Source: Gemmatimonadota bacterium (GTDB lineage: Bacteria > Latescibacterota > UBA2968 > UBA8231). Taken from it: DNA of 64,000 bases. Below the pieces are notes generated by a model that saw nothing but the letters and a program-made list of their open reading frames with translations, did not search any database and was not told the DNA's origin. A program made the translations under genes and the position numbers. The stretch is from the NCBI GenBank assembly GCA_038153405.1, contig JAYOYH010000010.1:1-64000 (forward strand), given 5' to 3'. Of this stretch, positions 57,224-64,000 are shown piece after piece; the stretch's first letter is position 1, and every line of letters starts with the position of its first letter.

Positions 57224-58357
57224 ATGTCGACACACCCGATGCTCATACTCGATGGTCACCTCGACCTGGCATACAACGCGCTCTTTCACCGGCGCGACCT
57301 GACCCAAGACGTCTATGCGCTGCGCGAGCGCGAAGATCCGCGCCCACCGGGACCGGCCCATCCAGACTCGCTGCGCGAGCGCAAGCGCCAGGAAAGCCCG
57401 GCCAAGGGCACGGCGACGGTTGCCCTGCCCGATATGCGCCGCGGCCGGATCGGCATCGCCCTTTCGACGATTATGACGCGCGTGCAAATGCCCACGCAAA
57501 CCCTCGATGACGGAGCGCGCACGCAGCTGGCCGCCCATGCCCTCGGACAGGCGCATCTGCACTACTACAAAGCATTGGAGCGCGAGGGGCACCTGCGCTT
57601 TATCCACGGCATAGACGATTTAGACGCCAGCATTCAGGCGTGGTCTGCCCCGGCACCCGACGCACCGATTGGCCTAATTTTATCGATGGAAAGTGCGGAC
57701 TCCATTCTCGGACCCGACCAGGTTAGCTGGTGGTACGAACAAGGGCTGCGCTCGGTTGGCCTGACGCACTTTGGCGCCAATACCTGGGGACACGGCACCG
57801 GCACGCGCGGCGGCCTGTACGCCTGTGCCTATCCCCTACTCGACGCGCTATCCGAAACCAATATCGCGCTCGATTTGACGCACGCTGCCGACCTAACCTT
57901 CTGGCAGTTGCTCGACTACTGGCAAGGTGCCGTGCACGCCAGCCACTGTATGTGCCGCACGCTCGTGCCCGGCCAGCGCCACCTGAGTGACGATATGATC
58001 AAGGCCCTCATCGAACGCGGTGGCGTGATCGGCATAGTCTTCGCCGAGTACATGCTCAACCCGGAAATCGACTTCGACAACCCGGCGACCTACCCGCGCA
58101 CGGCGCGGCGCAGCATGAGCGCCGCCATTGACCACGTCGACCACATTTGCCAACTGGCCGGCAACTGCCAGCACGTGGCCATCGGCTCCGATCTCGACGG
58201 CGGCTTTGGCCGCGAGCTCTCACCCACCGATCTCGACACCATTGCCGACCTGCAGCGCTTTCTCGACCAGCTAACGCGCAGGGGCTATAGCACGGCGGAT
58301 ATAGAGGCCATTGCCCACGGCAATTTGGTGCGCTTTTTTCGCCAGACCTGGAGTTAG
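57224..58357 (+). CDS. Membrane dipeptidase (peptidase M19) family
   Basis: DGHLD, SMESAD, LTHFG, DLTH, ASH, IGSDLDG, GNLVRFF. Confidence 0.9.
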   Translation: MSTHPMLILDGHLDLAYNALFHRRDLTQDVYALREREDPRPPGPAHPDSLRERKRQESPAKGTATVALPDMRRGRIGIALSTIMTRVQMPTQTLDDGARTQLAAHALGQAHLHYYKALEREGHLRFIHGIDDLDASIQAWSAPAPDAPIGLILSMESADSILGPDQVSWWYEQGLRSVGLTHFGANTWGHGTGTRGGLYACAYPLLDALSETNIALDLTHAADLTFWQLLDYWQGAVHASHCMCRTLVPGQRHLSDDMIKALIERGGVIGIVFAEYMLNPEIDFDNPATYPRTARRSMSAAIDHVDHICQLAGNCQHVAIGSDLDGGFGRELSPTDLDTIADLQRFLDQLTRRGYSTADIEAIAHGNLVRFFRQTWS

Positions 58358-58360
58358 ACC

Positions 58361-59446
58361 ATGAGCGACGAACGCCCTCTCATACTCGACAGTCACCTCG
58401 ACCTCTCCTTTTCCGCCCTGCAAATCAACCGCGACCTGACCCAGCCGGCAGCGACGGTGCGCGCGCACGACTCGGTCGCAACCATGGAAGGCTTTGGCTC
58501 CTGCACCGTCACCCTACCCGAGTTGCGCAAGGGCAAGGTCGGCCTAGTGTGCGGCACGGTAATGTCGCGATTAGACCCCGACGACAAATGGACGCGCACC
58601 GGCATGTACACCCAAGCCCAATGCCACGGCGTTGGCCGGGGGCATCTGGCCTACTATCAAGCATTGGAACGAGCAGGGCATATCCGCTTTATCAAAACGA
58701 CAGCCGAACTCGATGCAGCCGTTGCCGCCTGGCAAGACCCCCCTGCCGACGAGCCGATCGGCCTTATCCTCGCCATGGAAAGTGCAGACCCCATTCTCGG
58801 TCCCGACCAAGTGTCCGAATGGTATGACCTAGGCCTGCGCATGGTGAGCATTTCGCACTATGGGACCAGCGCCTACTCGCACGGCACCGGCACCGAGGGC
58901 GGCCTGCTGCCCACGGCCAAACCGCTGCTCGATGCGCTGCGCGCAGCCGGCATCATCGTCGACGTCACCCACCTGACCGACCAGGCGCACTGGGAATTAC
59001 TCGATGCGTACGACGGTCCCATTGCCGCATCGCACCACAATTGCCGCGCCCTGACACCCGGACAGCGCCAGCTAACCGATGAAATGATCCACTCCATAGC
59101 CGAGCGCAACGGCGTGATCGGCGCAGCGCTCGACGCCTGGATGCTCGATCCAACCTGGCAGCGCAAGGTGCCCGCTTTTGGCCAGCAAACCCAGGCGACC
59201 TTAGAGACCGTTGCCGACCATATCGACTACATTTGCCAGCTGCTGGGAACGGCGCGCCACTGCGGCATCGGCACCGACTTAGACGGCGGCTTTGGCACCG
59301 AACAGGCCCCGCGCGACCTCAATACCATCGCCGACCTGCAGAAGTTGGTCGCCATCTTCGAAGGGCGCGGCTACGACCCAGCGACGATTGCCGGCATTTT
59401 TTCCGGCCACTGGATCGACCTCTTTCGCCGCACCTGGTCGCGCTAA
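58361..59446 (+). CDS. Membrane dipeptidase (peptidase M19) family, tandem paralog
   Basis: DSHLD, AMESADP, DVTH, ASHHNCRAL, IGTDLDGGFG. Confidence 0.9.
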   Translation: MSDERPLILDSHLDLSFSALQINRDLTQPAATVRAHDSVATMEGFGSCTVTLPELRKGKVGLVCGTVMSRLDPDDKWTRTGMYTQAQCHGVGRGHLAYYQALERAGHIRFIKTTAELDAAVAAWQDPPADEPIGLILAMESADPILGPDQVSEWYDLGLRMVSISHYGTSAYSHGTGTEGGLLPTAKPLLDALRAAGIIVDVTHLTDQAHWELLDAYDGPIAASHHNCRALTPGQRQLTDEMIHSIAERNGVIGAALDAWMLDPTWQRKVPAFGQQTQATLETVADHIDYICQLLGTARHCGIGTDLDGGFGTEQAPRDLNTIADLQKLVAIFEGRGYDPATIAGIFSGHWIDLFRRTWSR

Positions 59447-59663
59447 AAAAATCTAAAAGCCAGCAATCGCCCCCGACAAGATTGCGGAGGGCTTAGGTCC
59501 TCTTTTTTCATCAACGTGACTTTTTCTTTTCTTTTACCTTGATGCATACGTCTTTTTTCTAGTAAAATTGCCCTCATTCCAAATTTTCTATTGTCATTTT
59601 GATTGAAATAGGCTTAAATTTGCTTAGTAGGTAAACATAATACTTTTCTAAGGGAGATATACG

Positions 59664-61382
59664 ATGGCTAGAGGAGCCGACGTCGTCATTGAAGCACTCG
59701 ACCGCTTCGGGGTCGAGTACGTCTTCGGCCACCCCGGCGGGGCCGCTATGCCCATTTTTGACGCCCTGCTCAATTCGGACCAGATCAAGTTCGTGCTCAC
59801 GCGCCACGAGCAGGGCGCCACCCACATGGCCGACGGCTACGCGCGCGCCACGGGCAAGCCCGGTGTCGCCCTCGTAACATCGGGCCCGGGGGCCACCAAC
59901 ACGATCACCGGCTTGCTGACAGCGCAGATGGACTCATCGCCCATTATCGTGCTCACAGGGCAGACCATCACCTCGATGCTCGGCAAGGACGCCTTTCAGG
60001 AAGCCGACGTATTCGGCATCTCCATGCCCGTCGTCAAGCACTCCTACTTGGTCAAGGATCCCGACGAGATCCCCCGCATTATGATGGAAGCGTTTCACAT
60101 TGCCACCACGGGGCGCACGGGACCCGTACTCATCGATCTGCCCAAGGACGTAACGCAGGGAGCGCCTTTTCCAGAGTGCACGACCAGTTTTCCCGAGAAA
60201 GTGTATCTGCCCGGATACCACTGGCAGCCCAAGGCCAATCCGGACCTCCTGCGCGAAGCGGCCGACCTCATTCGCCAGAGCAAACGCCCCCTGCTCTATC
60301 TGGGCGGTGGCTGCATTGCGGCCGGAGCCCACGAGGCGGCAAAGGCCTTTGCTGAGAAAACGCGCATGGCCGTTACCAACACCCTGCTGGGCAAGGGTGC
60401 CTTCCCAGAGCAGCACGAACTGTCGGTCGGCATGTTGGGGATGCACGGCACGGCCTACGCCAACAAAGCCGTTGTCGGCTGTGACCTAATCATGTCCGTC
60501 GGCGGCCGCTGGGACGACCGCATCACCGGCAAGCTCTCTGAGTTCTGTCCCGACGCAAAGAAAATCCACATCGATATCGACCCGGCCGAACACGGCAAAG
60601 TCATCATGCCGGACGTCTTCATCGAAGGCGATGCGCGCCAGGTCCTCGAAGAGTTGATCAACCTTGTTGAACCGCTTGACAGCGGCCAGTGGCTAGCGCA
60701 AATAGACGAGTGGAAGGAAAAATACCCGCTGAAATACGGCAAGCGCGGCGGCCTTAAAATGCAGGCCGTCATCGATCGGATCTACCACTTGACCGCCGGC
60801 CGCGCCATCGTCACCACCGACGTCGGTCAGCACCAGATGTGGGCGGCACAGTTCTATAAGACAGCACATCACCGGCAGTGGCTCTCCTCGGGCGGCGCCG
60901 GCACCATGGGCTTTGGTTTCCCCGCTGCCATCGGCGCTCAATTCGGACGACCCGATGACATAGTCATCGCCATTGCCGGCGACGGCGGTTTTCAAATGAC
61001 GCTGTGCGAATTGGCCACGGCCTGTATCCACCGCCTGCCAATCAAAATCTTGGTGCTCGATAACAAGTATCTCGGCATGGTACGCCAGTGGCAAAACCTC
61101 TTTTTCGACAACCGCCTGTCCGGCGTAGACCTGGATGGCAACCCCGACTTCGTCAAGCTCATTGAAGCGTACGGCGGCAAGGGCTTCCATCTGCGCCGCA
61201 CCGCCGATATCGACAAGGTGTTGAAACAGGCTCTCGATTACAACGAGGGTCCCTGCCTCATCCACGCCGAGTGCGAAAAAGAAGACAATGTCTTCCCGAT
61301 GATTCCGGCTGGCGCCGCCATAAGCGAGATGCTCACAGAAGCGCCCAAGCACAAACTGGCGCAACCCAAAGGGAGTACCTGA
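59664..61382 (+). CDS. ilvB: Acetolactate synthase large subunit (biosynthetic)
   Basis: [59 protein letters not shown]. Confidence 0.95.
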   Translation: MARGADVVIEALDRFGVEYVFGHPGGAAMPIFDALLNSDQIKFVLTRHEQGATHMADGYARATGKPGVALVTSGPGATNTITGLLTAQMDSSPIIVLTGQTITSMLGKDAFQEADVFGISMPVVKHSYLVKDPDEIPRIMMEAFHIATTGRTGPVLIDLPKDVTQGAPFPECTTSFPEKVYLPGYHWQPKANPDLLREAADLIRQSKRPLLYLGGGCIAAGAHEAAKAFAEKTRMAVTNTLLGKGAFPEQHELSVGMLGMHGTAYANKAVVGCDLIMSVGGRWDDRITGKLSEFCPDAKKIHIDIDPAEHGKVIMPDVFIEGDARQVLEELINLVEPLDSGQWLAQIDEWKEKYPLKYGKRGGLKMQAVIDRIYHLTAGRAIVTTDVGQHQMWAAQFYKTAHHRQWLSSGGAGTMGFGFPAAIGAQFGRPDDIVIAIAGDGGFQMTLCELATACIHRLPIKILVLDNKYLGMVRQWQNLFFDNRLSGVDLDGNPDFVKLIEAYGGKGFHLRRTADIDKVLKQALDYNEGPCLIHAECEKEDNVFPMIPAGAAISEMLTEAPKHKLAQPKGST

Positions 61383-61384
61383 TT

Positions 61385-61960
61385 ATGCAGCCCACTATTG
61401 CCTTTGACGAAAAGGAGCTCAACGCGCGGCAGGCCGCCGTCGATGCACCGCAACTGCGGGCGGCTACGCCGAACGAGAAGTCTACCATAGGCCTGCTGGT
61501 CAACGATCGCCCTGGCGTGCTCGTTCGCATCGCCCAAGTTTTTGCTCGACGCGGCTACAACATTGAGAACTTGGTCGTCTCGCAGGCCCATATTCCCAAT
61601 ACCTCGCGCATGACCATTACCTGTATCGGGCCAGAGAACGAGCTCCAGCAGATCATTCTGCAGCTCAACAAATTGGTCGACGTCATCCACGCCAAAGACC
61701 ACACAGACGACCAAGCCATCGCGCGCGAGTTGGCCCTCTTCAAAATCGGCTGCACGGTTTCCGAACGCACCGAAGTGCTGCAAATAGCGGAGGTGTTTCG
61801 CGGCAAGACCGTCGATATCTCGTCGGAGACCATCACAATAGAAGCGACGGGGACTACAGAAAAAATGGACGCCCTGCGCGCGCTGCTAGACAAATTTGCG
61901 ATAAAGGAAATGGTGCGGACCGGCAAAGTCGTCATGGCCCGCGGCGACCAGAGCACCTGA
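61385..61960 (+). CDS. ilvN: Acetolactate synthase small (regulatory) subunit
   Basis: Start reassigned to ATG 61385; VNDRPGVLVRIAQVFARRGYNIENL, QLNKLVDV, RELAL, EMVRTG. Confidence 0.92.
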   Translation: MQPTIAFDEKELNARQAAVDAPQLRAATPNEKSTIGLLVNDRPGVLVRIAQVFARRGYNIENLVVSQAHIPNTSRMTITCIGPENELQQIILQLNKLVDVIHAKDHTDDQAIARELALFKIGCTVSERTEVLQIAEVFRGKTVDISSETITIEATGTTEKMDALRALLDKFAIKEMVRTGKVVMARGDQST

Positions 61961-61966
61961 TGCGGC

Positions 61967-62007
61967 ATTGAGGCACGGCTTTCCAAGAAGGCTCGCCGTG
62001 CCTCAAT
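61967..62007. other. 13-bp inverted repeat after ilvN
   Basis: ATTGAGGCACGGC (61967-61979) / GCCGTGCCTCAAT (61995-62007); no U-tract, so a stabiliser or weak terminator. Confidence 0.55.
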
Positions 62008-62032
62008 CACTCCATTGGAATAGGAGATTCCT

Positions 62033-62410
62033 TTGAGCGAAAAACCGACCTGGACGCTGCTGCTGATCGACCCGAGCGCCATGTCGCGCGCCACGCTCAA
62101 ACGCCAGCTGGAGTACTATGGCTACGCCGTGAGCGAAGCCGAAAGCGGGCGCGGCGGCGTGCAGCTATTCCAACAGCAGCACCGCGAAATCGATCTGATC
62201 GTTCTCGATATGGGTATCGGCGACGTGCCCGGAGCCAACGTCCTGCAAGTGCTGCAGAAGATACGCCCCGAAGCCAACGTTATTCTCATCACCGACCAAG
62301 CGCTGGCCGATGGGCGCGCCCTGCCGGAAGGCGTGGCCGGCGTGCTCAAAAAACCCGTGCGCACCGACCGTCTACTCGCCGTCGTTGGCAAAGCCTTAGG
62401 ACGCACGTGA
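62033..62410 (+). CDS. Single-domain response regulator receiver
   Basis: TTG start with SD AGGAG; IDLIVLDM (phospho-acceptor Asp), ILIT, KKP. Confidence 0.8.
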   Translation: MSEKPTWTLLLIDPSAMSRATLKRQLEYYGYAVSEAESGRGGVQLFQQQHREIDLIVLDMGIGDVPGANVLQVLQKIRPEANVILITDQALADGRALPEGVAGVLKKPVRTDRLLAVVGKALGRT

Positions 62411-62994
62411 ACTGGACGCCGCCCGCGCACTGTCGGGGCCTCCTATTTGACTGCGATGGCACGCTCGTCGACTCCATGCCGCTCCACTATCGGGCCTGGT
62501 GCACGACGCTCAACCGCCATGGCCTCGCCTTTCCCGAAACGCAGTTCTACGCCTGGGCTGGCCTCCCCATTGCCGACATCATAGCGCGCCTCAGCGCGGC
62601 ACAGGGCATCGACGTCGACATCGATGCCGTTGCCGCCGAACGCGATCAGTGCTTTCACAGTCTGTCCACGTGCGCTATGCAGCCGGTTCAACCCGTTGTC
62701 GAAATCGCCCGAGCCCATCGCCAGGTCCTGCCCATGGCCGTGGCTACCGGCAGCACCCACGCGTCGGCCAGCGCCTCGCTGGAAGCCATAGGGATATTGC
62801 CTTGGTTTGCTGCCGTGGTAAGTTCTTTAGACGCCGGACGGGCCAAACCCGCACCCGATGTCTTCTTGGCTGCTGCGCGGGCCATCGGCGTTCCGGCCGA
62901 CTCCTGCGTTGCCTTTGAAGACGGCGATACGGGCTTAGAAGCAGCCCGCGCTGCGGGCATGTTGGCCATCGATATTCGACCGTGGTTGAAATGA
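62407..62994 (+). CDS. HAD-IA phosphatase (beta-phosphoglucomutase/YqaB-like)
   Basis: FDCDGTLVDS, ATGS, KPAPD, FEDGDTG. Confidence 0.9.
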   Translation: MNWTPPAHCRGLLFDCDGTLVDSMPLHYRAWCTTLNRHGLAFPETQFYAWAGLPIADIIARLSAAQGIDVDIDAVAAERDQCFHSLSTCAMQPVQPVVEIARAHRQVLPMAVATGSTHASASASLEAIGILPWFAAVVSSLDAGRAKPAPDVFLAAARAIGVPADSCVAFEDGDTGLEAARAAGMLAIDIRPWLK

Positions 62995-63012
62995 CTCGAA
63001 CGAGGAATTGCC

Positions 63013-63918
63013 ATGTCTATACGACCCGTTAAATCCACCCTGCAGGCGCAACCAACCCAAGAAGGTGCCGGCGTTAAGCTGCACCGCGGCTTCGGCTTTG
63101 GCCAGACGAACGAGACCGATCCATTCCTGCTCTTCGACGACTTTCGCAACGAAAATCCCCAGGACTATCTGGCCGGCTTTCCCTGGCACCCGCATCGGGG
63201 CATTGAAACCATTACCTATGTGCTGGCCGGAACTGTAGCACACGGCGACAGCTTGGGCAACAGCGGCGATCTCGGCGCCGGCGACGTGCAGTGGATGACC
63301 GCCGGTCGGGGCATTTTGCACCAAGAGATGCCGCGCGGCGATGCGGCCGGTCGCATGCACGGATTTCAGCTATGGGCCAACCTCCCCTCGTCGCTAAAAA
63401 TGACGGCGCCGCGCTATCAGGACGTGCTGTCGAAGGACATCCCTGCAATCACCGACGACGACGGTACGACGGCACGCATTATCTGCGGCCAGTTTTGGGG
63501 ACAGAAAGGCGTAGTCGACGGCATCGCCGCCGACCCATGCTATCTGGATATTTCGATTCCGCCCAACCAGTTCAAAATACTACCCGTCGACACCTACCGC
63601 AGCGCCTTTGCCTATATCTTTGCCGGATCGGGCTGGTTCCGCGACGCCTCGGCGCCGCAGGCCGTGCAAACGGAGATCCTCGGACAAGTCGCCCCGGGTG
63701 AGGTCGATGCCTTGGGCAACCGCTCGCTCGTGCTCTTTGACGGCGGCGACCAAGTAGCGGTGCAGGCCGGTCCCGAAGGCATGCGCTTTCTGCTTATTTC
63801 GGGTCGCCCCATTGAAGAGCCCGTCGCCTGGTACGGCCCCATCGTTATGAATACCGAAGCCGAACTGCGACAGGCCTTCAGCGAACTGCAAAACGGCACG
63901 TTTATTGCAGACCGCTAG
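63013..63918 (+). CDS. Pirin family protein
   Basis: DPFLLFD, GFPWHPHRGIETITY, QWMTAGRGILHQE, QLWANLP, GPIVMNT. Confidence 0.95.
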   Translation: MSIRPVKSTLQAQPTQEGAGVKLHRGFGFGQTNETDPFLLFDDFRNENPQDYLAGFPWHPHRGIETITYVLAGTVAHGDSLGNSGDLGAGDVQWMTAGRGILHQEMPRGDAAGRMHGFQLWANLPSSLKMTAPRYQDVLSKDIPAITDDDGTTARIICGQFWGQKGVVDGIAADPCYLDISIPPNQFKILPVDTYRSAFAYIFAGSGWFRDASAPQAVQTEILGQVAPGEVDALGNRSLVLFDGGDQVAVQAGPEGMRFLLISGRPIEEPVAWYGPIVMNTEAELRQAFSELQNGTFIADR

Positions 63919-63945
63919 CCCCACACCGGTCCCACCAAAACGCAA

Positions 63946-63986
63946 AAGGCCCCGTTAGATCCATATCTAACGGGGCCTTCTTTTTT
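63946..63986 (+). terminator. Intrinsic terminator after pirin
   Basis: 15-bp stem AAGGCCCCGTTAGAT / ATCTAACGGGGCCTT, 4-nt loop, then CTTTTTT. Confidence 0.9.
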
Positions 63987-64000
63987 GCCTCTTACATAGT

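Noticed and set aside
59447..59663. Branched-chain amino acid attenuator upstream of ilvB
   Set aside because: AT-rich intergenic region with no convincing Ile/Leu/Val-rich leader peptide or terminator-antiterminator pair.
9934..61384. Longer N-termini in the ORF track (starts 10056, 14446, 17290, 39042, 40166, 42340, 44878, 54284, 61271)
   Set aside because: They overlap neighbouring genes or hairpins, or displace the signal peptide; downstream ATGs give better SD, stop-start coupling or signal peptides.

Overview
GC-rich bacterial window, gene-dense, with no rRNA, tRNA, CRISPR array or mobile element recognisable. The gene content (PorV-like barrel, FlgD/CHU_C-like C-terminal domains, CRTAC1/ASPIC proteins, WGxxK-tailed proteins) suggests an FCB-superphylum lineage outside Bacteroidota, possibly Latescibacterota-like; this is inference only. 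About 1-40 kb is an uncharacterised cell-surface locus built from two paralogous minus-strand cassettes (1-14305 and 27785-40345). Together with one divergent gene they encode six secreted discoidin-like proteins ending in a [TS]PNGDGxND...Y domain, three ~880-920 aa Asp-rich putative outer-membrane barrels, two homologous lipoproteins, two CBM9/DOMON-like proteins with a short WGxxK tail, a PorV/PorQ-like barrel missed by the ORF track, and a parvulin PPIase. A GT-C/TPR/CRTAC1 cluster lies between the cassettes. I interpret the locus as a candidate type IX secretion (T9SS)-related surface system using two different C-terminal sorting signals. 40-51 kb is a mixed envelope operon (galU, LarA-family, CsgG/FlgT-like lipoprotein, acyltransferase, TolB-like, GT-C) plus an acyl-CoA ligase. 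51-64 kb holds an extended FapA/DUF342 protein, another barrel, an enolase-superfamily enzyme, two M19 dipeptidases, ilvB/ilvN, a receiver protein, a HAD phosphatase and pirin. All family calls come from motif recognition by eye; no database searches were run.
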